A stretch of 64,000 bases of DNA from Betaproteobacteria bacterium. GTDB taxonomy: Bacteria; Pseudomonadota; Gammaproteobacteria; Burkholderiales; Ga0077523. Shown one piece after another: positions 41,048-50,143 of this stretch. The stretch is taken from contig WGLR01000011.1 in NCBI GenBank assembly GCA_016125475.1, positions 6,780 through 70,779 of the forward strand, given 5' to 3'. The notes beneath the pieces are model-generated. The model saw only the letters and a program-made list of their open reading frames with translations, searched no databases and had not been told where the DNA came from. Position 1 is the stretch's first letter, and every line of letters begins with the position of its first letter. The translations under genes were made by a program, and so were the position numbers.

Positions 41048-41930
41048 CGCCTGGTGGTCCTCATCGAGAGAATTGTCATCGACCTTAGGAGACGCACGCC
41101 TTGCGCAAGCCTGCTATTCCGTTGTCACTTTCCGAATCTGCGCACGAACGGTTCGTACGTTCGAGTTCTCGGAGTTCATCGCAGAGGTTTGTCATATTCC
41201 GTCATGTCACACTTAAGAACTCATGGCGTGACCAAGACCGCGCGCGAAACATGCAAAACATTCACGATGACCTTGTCTGTCACGCTTGATCCACCTTGCC
41301 CTCGGATTCAACCTGCACAAGAAATCTGTCCGAACGTCAGTTCAGTCGCACCTGCTCTCCTCTATATTCATTAAAACCAAAAACGGCTCTGTCCGCGTCA
41401 TCCATTTTGATTAGATGAAATGTCCTCAGAGACACTCTGGCGATCATCTTTAAGCGCGATTCACCGTGGGTCACCTCCCTGTTACGACGAACACGAACTC
41501 GGACGACAGGAAAGTCCTTCCAAGCGTGTCATCCGCAATGTTGACGATTCGCAAAGTTTTCGTCCCGGATAATTTCCGGGACGTAGCCAACCTTTCTGCA
41601 TGAACTGGCCCGATGACACCGATTCCTTCCAGAACGAAAGACATGTCATGAATCTTTCTGCAGCATGCGCCTGCGACCATCCTCCCGAAGCAGGTGAGAC
41701 CACGCGAATCGAGGGTCTCATTCGCCCGATCTGGACAACGCAAAGGAATGGCCAGTTTCATCGCCCCAATTCGCTTCGCAGTCGGCCTCCGTTAACCGCG
41801 TCCGCCATGAGATCAGGCAGCTTTATCCTGAAGACGCGATCACATCCGTTGTCATCTTCGAGGCATGTCACTCCGCCTCCCCACTAATTTCCGGTGTAGC
41901 GCCCAGAAGATTCACCGAGCGAGAAGTCCA

Positions 41931-44297
41931 ATGCAGGCCATAGATTCCCGTCTCTCTTCACTTTCCGAATACACAGATTCCGATGACCCTGATCTGTTCA
42001 GGAAGGCGGAGGTTCTTGCCAGCTTCCATGAGGACGCTTCGACACGCGTATTTCTCAAGTACCTGGTTTCAATCAGCCGCCACAACGGCGGTCGCGCCGT
42101 CGTTCGGGATCCGACCGACGAGCGGGAGGTACTCGTCTTCTGCCTCGCCGACTACCTGGACCTTGCCCGGGACCCACGAACCATAGAAGCAGCGTGCAAA
42201 GCGACGGTCGAGAAAGGTCTGGGCGTCTACTCGGTACCGTGCATCGCCGGTTCCACCGACTTCCATCGCGAACTCGAGCGCGAGATCGCCGCTTTCGTCG
42301 GCGCTGAGGACTGCATCGTCTTTCCAACGGGCCAGGCGGCAAATTCGGCATCGATCACGGCCCTGTGCGGTGCCCGGGACTACATAGTCATCGACAAGCA
42401 GGTTCACGCAAGCGTTCTGGAAGGCGCGAGGCTCTCGGGTGCGAAGTTGCGGACGTTTCGCCACTCCGATCCTGACCATCTCGACGGGGTGCTCGGTGCC
42501 ATCCGGAATCGCGGCCACCGTCGGGGAATTCTCGTCATTGCCGAGGGTGTATACGGCCTGGATGGCGATGTGTCACCAGTCTCGACTCTCCACCACGTTT
42601 GCCATCGTCACGGCGCGCGGCTGTTCGTGGATGACGCCCACGGCACTGGCGTTCTCGGAGGCCGGGGGGCCGGCACCCACGACTTCTTCGGGACAAGGTG
42701 TCCGGACATTCTCAAGGGCTCGCTGAGCAAGAGCTTCGGCAGTGTCGGCGGGTGGATCGCAGCGAACCGCGAGGTGGTGTCCTATCTGAGGTTCTACTGC
42801 GACAGGCTGGTCTTGTCCGTGGGAGCAACTTTGGGTGCCGTCGCAGCCGCTAAGGCTTCTCTTCGCATCGTGGAGGGCGAACCCGCGAGGCGCCGGCGCC
42901 TACAGGAAAACGCCCGATATCTTCGTGACAGCCTGATCGCCATCGGAGTACCCAATGCGGCGATATCTTCGTCCGCGATCGTATCAATCCGAATCGACGA
43001 TGAACCCGCGCTTCGCGACCTGGTGAAGGAAGCCTACGACGCCGGACTGTGGATCGAAGGATTGCCGCATCCGGCCACAATGCTCGGTCAGGAACGCATT
43101 CGCCTGCGGGTGCGAGCATCCCACACCCGTGACGATATCTTCGATGCAGTCAGAATACTCGAGCGTTGCCTGGGTGCACGAGCTATGCTCGGTTCCAGAA
43201 AGCACACGATCCCTTCTACACCGGTCTCCAGGGAACCCGACGCGGCAGGCATCGTATCGCTGGTAATTCGCGAGGCTGATGCGAAGACGCTGAGACTCCC
43301 CTGGGCGACGATCGATTCCTTTTCAAAGATCGTCCACGCCGCGGGTTTCTGGAAAGATGCCATCGGCAACCACAAGTGGTTTACCGCGTCGACGCAGGGT
43401 CAGTTCAGCGCATGTCTGTGCGCTTCAATTCTGAAAATGGACGATGGCTTGCCGGTCGGCGCCCTCGGCCACATGCACTGGCTACCGGAGTGCGAAAACC
43501 TCATCAACAGACTGGTGGACGACGCATCGGGCTGGCTCTTCGCGAATGGGCCTCGCCGCATTATCGGACCGGCTCAGGTCCCGATTCAGGTGCTTGGCGC
43601 CGGCGTCTCCACGTCCATCCGCAACGACCTGCCATTCCTGGAGCCTTCCCTCGATCCACGGGTTCGCGAGGTACTGGAAAGGAAAGGATTCAAAACGGAG
43701 CTTCGACATACATATCGTCTGGTGAGCCTTGAAGGCTCTTCCATCCCGGACGATGCCGACACGCTGACGGACATTACATTCAGGCCGATCAGGCGGGAAT
43801 ATCTGACTGACGACACGCGCGCCCTCGCGAATGCCTTCAACCATGGCATTTCACGGTTGGGATACTGCAGCCGGCTCTCCGCGGATGTTCTGATAGGCGC
43901 CGCATACGAAATGCGCGAACTCGTCCTGCCGGACCTGTGGTGCCTGGCGATTGACGGACGAGGCGATGTCGTAGGCTTCGCGGGCGGCTTTCCCGATCTG
44001 CGCGTAGCCTTCCAGGATATCGGCGGAGCGGGCAAAATCTCGGACATCGATTACCTGAGGACCGCTACGGACAGTTGCACGCGTGGCTTCCTCGCATGGG
44101 CCAGCACCTCGGATCGCCCCGGCCACAGTGGCGCCGGCCGAGCAGCGTGTGCGCGTGTACTCCGTGCCATGAAAGCCCGCGGGTTCCGGGAAGCATGGAT
44201 CTCCTGGGAACTCGTAGATGGCGGACCGATTCAGTTCGACCATCTACCGACCCTGTCCACAATCACTCTGGACATCCTGAGCCGCAAGGCAGGTTAG
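41931..44297 (+). CDS. PLP-dependent alpha-oxoamine synthase (AONS/Spt/CqsA family) fused to ~370-aa C-terminal GNAT-like domain
   Basis: The N-terminal ~420 aa have class-II aminotransferase blocks: FPTGQAANSA, DDAHGTG, and the PLP-lysine context GSLSKSFG (K codon 42729-42731). The C-terminal part (about 43200-44297) has an RPGHSGAGRAACARVLRAMKARGF segment reminiscent of GNAT motif A. Alternative start 41865. Confidence 0.8.
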   Translation: MQAIDSRLSSLSEYTDSDDPDLFRKAEVLASFHEDASTRVFLKYLVSISRHNGGRAVVRDPTDEREVLVFCLADYLDLARDPRTIEAACKATVEKGLGVYSVPCIAGSTDFHRELEREIAAFVGAEDCIVFPTGQAANSASITALCGARDYIVIDKQVHASVLEGARLSGAKLRTFRHSDPDHLDGVLGAIRNRGHRRGILVIAEGVYGLDGDVSPVSTLHHVCHRHGARLFVDDAHGTGVLGGRGAGTHDFFGTRCPDILKGSLSKSFGSVGGWIAANREVVSYLRFYCDRLVLSVGATLGAVAAAKASLRIVEGEPARRRRLQENARYLRDSLIAIGVPNAAISSSAIVSIRIDDEPALRDLVKEAYDAGLWIEGLPHPATMLGQERIRLRVRASHTRDDIFDAVRILERCLGARAMLGSRKHTIPSTPVSREPDAAGIVSLVIREADAKTLRLPWATIDSFSKIVHAAGFWKDAIGNHKWFTASTQGQFSACLCASILKMDDGLPVGALGHMHWLPECENLINRLVDDASGWLFANGPRRIIGPAQVPIQVLGAGVSTSIRNDLPFLEPSLDPRVREVLERKGFKTELRHTYRLVSLEGSSIPDDADTLTDITFRPIRREYLTDDTRALANAFNHGISRLGYCSRLSADVLIGAAYEMRELVLPDLWCLAIDGRGDVVGFAGGFPDLRVAFQDIGGAGKISDIDYLRTATDSCTRGFLAWASTSDRPGHSGAGRAACARVLRAMKARGFREAWISWELVDGGPIQFDHLPTLSTITLDILSRKAG

Positions 44298-44651
44298 CCG
44301 GCGATACTCAGTTCTCGCAGACCGCGCTTACCGTCGCTCCGACACGATTCGGGCCGATCTGCGAGTACATGGCCCGGGTTGCAGGCCGAAAGGGTGTTGC
44401 TGCGGCTTTGACCACTCGACTGGTCCGGTTGTCGCGGAGAGTCGGTACGCTGCCTGAAGTGAAATTCCGCATTACACCGTGGTCAGTCTAACCGGCACGG
44501 GCCGACCAGTTCACTGCCCATGTCGTGGTCAGGCCACTTGTTCGCTTTCCAGCCATACAAGAAGAGCACGAACCGGAGGAACTCTTTCCTACGCTCCCGG
44601 CGAACACTTTGAATGAACGCTCGAGAATACCGCGTAAGCGACTGTTTTTAC

Positions 44652-44739
44652 TGGCGGAGGCGGTGAGATTCGAACTCACGAACGGTTGCCCGTTGCCGGT
44701 TTTCAAGACCGGTGCAATCGACCACTCTGCCACGCCTCC
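44652..44739 (-). tRNA. tRNA-Ser (anticodon TGA)
   Basis: 88-nt class II tRNA. Acceptor GGAGGCG/CGCCTCC, anticodon stem CCGGT/ACCGG, loop CTTGAAA, 16-nt variable arm, encoded CCA. Confidence 0.9.
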
Positions 44740-44981
44740 AGATGCACTCTTCCTGACCGGCGCGCACCCTGCCCCGCTTCCGGAGACCATCCCCAGCCTT
44801 CGGCGCCCCTCTCAATGCGCAGGGTTTCGGCGCACGTCGTCGGGCCACCCGTCGGCCGACAGGCTTGAATCGTTCCGGGCCGCCACCACCTTCGACGCCG
44901 GCAGGGTCAGCCAACGTTTCACACCCTCGGGGAGTCGGGGATGATACCTGTACGCATCCTTCTGAGAAACAAGACCATTGA

Positions 44982-45010
44982 TTGAAACTCTGACCGGGTT
45001 TGCGTAGTCT
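44982..45010 (+). promoter_or_regulatory. candidate sigma70 promoter of the BI-1/YccA gene
   Basis: TTGAAA, 17 nt, TAGTCT, 40 nt upstream of the ATG at 45050. The -10 element is weak. Confidence 0.3.
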
Positions 45011-45049
45011 TAAGCCGTGTGTCCAATTTCATCCGTTGGGAGATCGGCA

Positions 45050-45736
45050 ATGCAACCAGAAGTCCAAGTAATCACCGGCGCACGAGCGCGTGGGGCTGCC
45101 CAGAACAAGGTTCTGCGCAATACCTACATGCTGCTGGCCCTGACGATGGTCCCCACCGTCATCGGTGCCTTCGTCGGCATGTCCACCGCCGGGATCATCC
45201 TGCAGCACCCGATCATGATGAGTCTCGTCATGCTGGGTGCCGTGATCGGTCTGCAGTTCGCCATCTCGGCCAACCGCAACAGCAGCCTGGGCGTGGTTCT
45301 GCTGCTGGGAATGACCTTCATCCTTGGATGGTGGCTCGGCCCGATGCTCAACTTCGCGCTCGCGCTGCGCAATGGTCCGCAGCTGATCGGCCTTGCCGCG
45401 GCGGGGACGGGCGGCATCCTGCTCGCCATGAGTGCGATCGCGACCACCTCGAAGCGTGATTTCAGCTTCCTGGGCAAGTTCCTGTTCGTGGGCATGATCA
45501 TCCTGCTGATCGCGGCGTTCGCGAACATGTTCCTGCACCTGCCGGCGCTCATGCTGACGGTGTCGTGCCTCGCGATCGGCGTGTTCTCCCTGTTCCTGCT
45601 TTACGACGTGAGCAGGATCGTGAACGGCGGAGAAACGAACTACATCATGGCAGCCACGGGTGTCTACATCAGCCTGTTCAACATCTTCGTGAACCTGCTG
45701 CAGCTGCTCATGGCGTTTGCCGGCGAGCGGGACTGA
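45050..45736 (+). CDS. Bax-inhibitor-1/YccA-family membrane protein
   Basis: 228 aa, 7 TM. NKVLRNTYMLLALTM and YDVSRIVNGGETNYI blocks. GGGAGA RBS upstream. Confidence 0.9.
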   Translation: MQPEVQVITGARARGAAQNKVLRNTYMLLALTMVPTVIGAFVGMSTAGIILQHPIMMSLVMLGAVIGLQFAISANRNSSLGVVLLLGMTFILGWWLGPMLNFALALRNGPQLIGLAAAGTGGILLAMSAIATTSKRDFSFLGKFLFVGMIILLIAAFANMFLHLPALMLTVSCLAIGVFSLFLLYDVSRIVNGGETNYIMAATGVYISLFNIFVNLLQLLMAFAGERD

Positions 45737-45760
45737 CGATCCGAGCGTTCCAGCCCATCA

Positions 45761-45792
45761 GAAAAAAGCGGCCCTTCCGGCCGCTTTTTTTC
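45761..45792. terminator. bidirectional rho-independent terminator
   Basis: A6-GCGGCC-CTTCC-GGCCGC-T7 between the convergent BI-1 and rlmD genes. Confidence 0.8.
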
Positions 45793-45810
45793 ATGGTTGC
45801 AGGCCCGGCG

Positions 45811-47124
45811 CTAGCCTCGTTCGAACAGGGCGATCGATTCGACGTGCGCCGTGTGAGGAAACATGTTCGCGATGCCGGCGCCCCTCATGCGATAGCCGTG
45901 GACGTTCACGAGCACGGCCGCATCGCGTGCGAGCGTGGAGGGGCTGCACGACACGTAGACGAGACGACCGGGCGGCGAGTCAGGGAAGCTCTTGATGAGT
46001 TCCATGGCGCCGTCCCGAGGTGGATCGAGCAGGGCCGCGTCCAGTCTCCCCAGCGCGGATACCGAATCGGGCGTTGCCCTGAAAAGATCGGCGACAGCGA
46101 AGTGCGCGCGGTCCGCCAGCCCGTTGAACGCGGCATTGTCGCGGGCGCGTGACACCAGTTCCTGGCTGCCCTCCAGACCGACGACTTCAGCCCCGAGCTT
46201 CGCGATGGGGAGCGAGAAATTGCCGAGTCCACAGAAGAAGTCCGCGATGCGCTCGCCGCTGCGAGGTTGCAGCAGCGCCATCGCCCGACTGACCAGCGTG
46301 CGGTTCATCGCCGCGTTCACCTGAGTGAATTCGGTCGGCGAAAAGCGGTAGGTGATACCGAAATCCGGCAGACCGTACGACAGATCGGGCCAGGGCACCG
46401 GGTGGAACGGAACGACGCTCGCCGGCCCTTTCGGTTGCAGCGCGATCGCCACCCGATGCCGTTCGGCGAAAGCGCGGATCCGCGCCTCATCTTGCCTGGA
46501 GAGCGGTTCCAGGATCCTCAGCACGAACACGTCGGCACTGTCGCCGATTGCGACTTCGATCTGCGGGAGGCGATCCCGCACCGACAGGCCATCGACTAGT
46601 TTTCGCATGTCCGGGAGCAGGTCCGAGATCCGCGCAGGGAGCACGGAACACTCGGTCATGTCCGCGACGTAGCTGCTGCGCCGTTCGTGGAATCCCACGA
46701 GGACACCGCCCTTCTTCACCACGTTGCGCACCGAGAGCCGGGCGCGATGCCGATAATGCCAGGCCGGACCGTGGATGGCCGGGTAGATCTGTTCAGGTTC
46801 AACGCCCCCGATCCGTTCGAGGCAATCCTCGAGCACCCGCTGCTTCGCTGCGACCTGCGCCGACGCGGCGAGGTGCTGCATGCTGCAACCCCCGCAGGTT
46901 CCGAAATTCGGGCACCGCGGGACCACGCGTTGACTGCTTTCCCTGTGGATGATTTCGGCCACCGCGACCGCGTACGACGGCTTGCTGCGGATCATGCGAA
47001 CCGCGGCAGTCTCGCCGGGCAACGCCCCTTCGACGAACACGACCTTGCCTTCGTGACGTGCGACGCCACGTCCCTCGTGATCGAGCGACTCGATCACGAC
47101 GTCGAACTCCTTGTCGAAGCTCAC
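45811..47124 (-). CDS. rlmD: 23S rRNA (uracil1939-C5)-methyltransferase
   Basis: TRAM domain, Fe-S cysteines (CPNFGTCGGCSMQH) and a C-terminal SAM methyltransferase (DPPR.G, YVSC.P.TLARD). GTG start at 47124 overlaps the upstream stop (GTGA). Confidence 0.88.
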   Translation of the reverse strand: MSFDKEFDVVIESLDHEGRGVARHEGKVVFVEGALPGETAAVRMIRSKPSYAVAVAEIIHRESSQRVVPRCPNFGTCGGCSMQHLAASAQVAAKQRVLEDCLERIGGVEPEQIYPAIHGPAWHYRHRARLSVRNVVKKGGVLVGFHERRSSYVADMTECSVLPARISDLLPDMRKLVDGLSVRDRLPQIEVAIGDSADVFVLRILEPLSRQDEARIRAFAERHRVAIALQPKGPASVVPFHPVPWPDLSYGLPDFGITYRFSPTEFTQVNAAMNRTLVSRAMALLQPRSGERIADFFCGLGNFSLPIAKLGAEVVGLEGSQELVSRARDNAAFNGLADRAHFAVADLFRATPDSVSALGRLDAALLDPPRDGAMELIKSFPDSPPGRLVYVSCSPSTLARDAAVLVNVHGYRMRGAGIANMFPHTAHVESIALFERG

Positions 47125-47900
47125 GTGCGCTCCCAGCCGCCGAGAAACTGTCGCCAGTGCTCGCCGGGAAGCCTCTCCAGCACCTGGGCCACGAGGTCGC
47201 ATTCCGCCCGATGCGAGTCGATCGTCAGCATCCCGCGCATGAGCTGGAAACGAAGATAGACGAGATAGGTGTTCACGACGTCCGTTTCACAGTAGCTCCG
47301 GATGCCGCCGATGTTCCCTGCCTGGAATTCGGACCATACGCGCGCGCCCGCCATGCCGACTTTGCCGGGCAGTCCCAGCATCTGCGAAAACTCGTCCAGC
47401 GGCGCATTGGCTCGCGGCTGATACATCGCGAGCAGATCCATGAGATCCAGATGACGTGTGTGGTAACGGCTGATGTAATTGTTCCATTTGAAGTCCCGGT
47501 CATCCTCGCCGAGATCCCAGTACTTCGCCGCGTGCACGCCGTGCCGCAAGCCTCGATAGTGAAGGACGGGAAGGTCGAAGCCGCCCCCGTTCCAGGACAC
47601 CAGCTGGGGCCGGAGGCGCTCGATGCCGTCGAAGAAACGCTGGATCAGGGCACCTTCGGGCTCCTCGGGATCCCCCAGGGACCAGACCCGAAAGGTCTCA
47701 CGGTCCCTGAGCGCGCAGGAAATCGCCACGATCCTGTGAAGGTAATGCGGCAGGAATTCGGAGCCCGTCGCCTCCTTTCGCGCCTGGAAGGCCGCGTCCG
47801 CCACGTCGTGGTCGCTCATCGCCGGATCGAAGTCCCTCAGACGCCGCAGCGCCGCGACGTCCGGAACGGTCTCGATGTCGAATACGAGTACGGGAATCAT
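47121..47900 (-). CDS. 3'-5' exonuclease, PolB-exonuclease-like (RNase H fold)
   Basis: VFDIETVPD (ExoI), WNGGGFDLPVL (ExoII) and YCETDV (ExoIII) motifs. Confidence 0.8.
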   Translation of the reverse strand: MIPVLVFDIETVPDVAALRRLRDFDPAMSDHDVADAAFQARKEATGSEFLPHYLHRIVAISCALRDRETFRVWSLGDPEEPEGALIQRFFDGIERLRPQLVSWNGGGFDLPVLHYRGLRHGVHAAKYWDLGEDDRDFKWNNYISRYHTRHLDLMDLLAMYQPRANAPLDEFSQMLGLPGKVGMAGARVWSEFQAGNIGGIRSYCETDVVNTYLVYLRFQLMRGMLTIDSHRAECDLVAQVLERLPGEHWRQFLGGWERT

Positions 47901-48089
47901 CGTGGGAGTCTCCGGCCGACCTCGTGGCCCCGGCCCAAAAGGCCCGAAGTGTATCCCGGGTACGTCGCTTGCGTCCCTGTCGGCGGGGAATTCCCTCCGG
48001 GCTCCACGCGTACGGGCTGACGCCCGAGTTTGCCGGTGCTAGCATGACCAGACGGAAGGAATGACAAAAGCTGTCGCACAGTCAGGGAG

Positions 48090-49970
48090 ATGCAGACATT
48101 GAAGATCGAGAAACTCAGGAGACCCGAAGTCGAACTCAACGCGCCCGTCTGGGTCACGAATCAGGCACTGAAGGACTGGGTCGCCCAGGTTGCCGGGCTG
48201 ACACGGCCCGACACGATCGTGTGGTGCGACGGTAGTCAGCATGAGTACGACAGGTTCTGCGGCGAGCTGGTGGACGCGGGGACCCTCCGCCGCCTGAATC
48301 CGGAGAAGCGTCCCGGGAGCTTCGCCTGCTTTTCGGATCCGAGCGACGTGGCCCGGGTCGAAGACCGGACCTTCATCTGCTCCGTGCACCGCCACGACGC
48401 CGGCCCGACGAACAACTGGGTCGCCCCGGACGAAATGAAGTCGCGCCTGATCGAGCTGTTCGACGGATGCATGCGTGGCAGGACCATGTACGTGGTTCAG
48501 TTCAGCATGGGGCCCATCGGTTCCCCGCTCTCCCATATCGGTGTCGAGATCACGGATTCGGCTTACGTTGCGGTGAGCATGCGCGTGATGACGCGCATGG
48601 GCCGCGCTGCCCTGGAAGCCCTTGGTGCCACCGGCGACTTTGTGCCGTGCCTGCATTCGGTCGGTGCCCCGCTCGCCCCGGGTCAGGCGGACGTGCCCTG
48701 GCCGTGCAACAAGGACCAGAAGTACATCGTGCATTTCCCCGAAGAGAACGCCATCTGGTCCTTCGGGAGCGGGTATGGCGGCAACGCGCTGCTCGGCAAG
48801 AAGTGCTTCGCACTGCGCATCGCGTCCAGCATGGGACGGGAGCAGGGCTGGCTCGCCGAGCACATGCTGATCCTCGGCGTGCAGTCACCACAGGGAGACA
48901 AGAGCTACGTCGCCGCAGCCTTCCCGAGTGCCTGCGGCAAGACGAACTTCGCGATGCTGATCCCGCCACCGGCCTTCGATGGCTGGAAGGTCACGACGAT
49001 CGGTGACGACATCGCCTGGATCAAGCCGGGTCCGGACGGCCGGCTCTACGCGATCAATCCGGAATTCGGATTCTTCGGCGTCGCACCGGGGACGTCCTAT
49101 CAGTCGAACCCGAATGCCATGGACACGCTTCGGGCGAACTGCATCTTCACGAACGTCGCACTCACGGACGACGGCGACGTCTGGTGGGAAGGCATGACCG
49201 AGCAGGCCCCTGCCCACCTCATCGACTGGCAGGGCAACGACTGGACGCCGGACTGCGGGCGCAAGGCAGCCCATCCGAATGCCCGGTTCACCGCACCGGC
49301 GAACCAGTGCCCTTCCCTGGATCCCGACTGGGAAGATCCGTCCGGCGTGCCGATCTCCGCATTCATCTTCGGTGGCCGCCGCAGTACGACCATGCCGCTC
49401 GTGGTCGAGAGCTTCAATTGGACCGACGGCGTGTACATGGCCGCGACGATGGGTTCCGAGACGACGGCCGCGGCCGCGCACAAGGTCGGAGAAGTACGGC
49501 GCGACCCGTTCGCGATGCTGCCCTTCTGCGGCTATCACATCGGCGACTACTTCGATCACTGGCTCGAAATGGGCCACAGGGCCGCGAAGGCACCGCGCAT
49601 CTTCTGCGTGAACTGGTTCCGCAAAGGGGACGACGGCAGGTTTCTCTGGCCGGGCTACGGGGAAAACATGCGAGTGCTGAAGTGGATCGTCGATCGCTGC
49701 GCGGGTCGCGCGAATGCCGTCGAAAGCCTGCTCGGCTGGACCCCCTCGGAATCGGACATCGTCTGGGACGGCCTTCCCGAGACCGTGCGCGAGGCTTTCC
49801 GTCAGTGCATGACCCTGAGCCGTGACGACTGGCTGCGGGAACTGCTTCTGCACGAAGAACTCTTCGTGAAACTCTACGACCGCTTGCCCAAGGAGTTCGT
49901 CCTGAAGCGGGAGCTGTTGCTCGCAGGCCTCTGGCGTGCCCCTGAAACATGGGTTCCGCACGCGGCCTGA
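48090..49970 (+). CDS. pckG: phosphoenolpyruvate carboxykinase (GTP)
   Basis: 626 aa. The P-loop/kinase-1a region [10 protein letters not shown], plus WMRF-type and FGGRR blocks of GTP-PEPCK. Confidence 0.95.
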   Translation: MQTLKIEKLRRPEVELNAPVWVTNQALKDWVAQVAGLTRPDTIVWCDGSQHEYDRFCGELVDAGTLRRLNPEKRPGSFACFSDPSDVARVEDRTFICSVHRHDAGPTNNWVAPDEMKSRLIELFDGCMRGRTMYVVQFSMGPIGSPLSHIGVEITDSAYVAVSMRVMTRMGRAALEALGATGDFVPCLHSVGAPLAPGQADVPWPCNKDQKYIVHFPEENAIWSFGSGYGGNALLGKKCFALRIASSMGREQGWLAEHMLILGVQSPQGDKSYVAAAFPSACGKTNFAMLIPPPAFDGWKVTTIGDDIAWIKPGPDGRLYAINPEFGFFGVAPGTSYQSNPNAMDTLRANCIFTNVALTDDGDVWWEGMTEQAPAHLIDWQGNDWTPDCGRKAAHPNARFTAPANQCPSLDPDWEDPSGVPISAFIFGGRRSTTMPLVVESFNWTDGVYMAATMGSETTAAAAHKVGEVRRDPFAMLPFCGYHIGDYFDHWLEMGHRAAKAPRIFCVNWFRKGDDGRFLWPGYGENMRVLKWIVDRCAGRANAVESLLGWTPSESDIVWDGLPETVREAFRQCMTLSRDDWLRELLLHEELFVKLYDRLPKEFVLKRELLLAGLWRAPETWVPHAA

Positions 49971-50143
49971 TCGTCCTGGATCGTGGAACTGCCGGCCTAA
50001 CTTGGCCGGAGCGTGGTTCGACGTGAATCACCATGCGGTGACCGGGCGCCCGTGAGGACAGGTGCCCGGGCCCGCAACGGCGTTCGTGTGCGTGAAGCGT
50101 CCGGGCAACGTGCCGTCGCGGGTCCGCGGCCCGCGACGCTGTC

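Noticed and set aside
41592-41662. Direct repeat CTTTCTGCA (41592-41600 and 41654-41662) and recurring CATGTCA(C/T) 8-mers in the luxR-AOS spacer, considered as LuxR-box candidates.
   Set aside because: In about 900 bp, roughly one identical 9-mer pair and several 8-mer pairs are expected by chance. There is no dyad symmetry resembling a lux box.
41471-41761. 96-aa ORF (-) and several 60-106-aa ORFs (+) inside the luxR-AOS intergenic region (41019..41216, 41054..41374, 41101..41289, 41600..41887).
   Set aside because: I saw no convincing RBS, no family resemblance, and the ORFs overlap one another. A small peptide gene cannot be excluded, but the sequence alone does not support calling one.
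44298-44651. The 350-bp spacer between the AOS fusion gene and the tRNA-Ser 3' end, examined for an integrase remnant (ORFs 44488..44790 -, 44525..44944 +).
   Set aside because: The translations show no tyrosine-recombinase motifs (no R..HxxR..Y pattern), and both ORFs run through the tRNA. An integrase pseudogene cannot be supported by eye.
50115-50137. GTCGCGGG-N7-CCCGCGAC hairpin between the convergent pckG and cysM genes, and the similar ATGGCGG-N8-CCGCCAT hairpin at 10507-10528.
   Set aside because: These are GC-rich stems without a following T-tract on the relevant strand. They are not confident intrinsic terminators.
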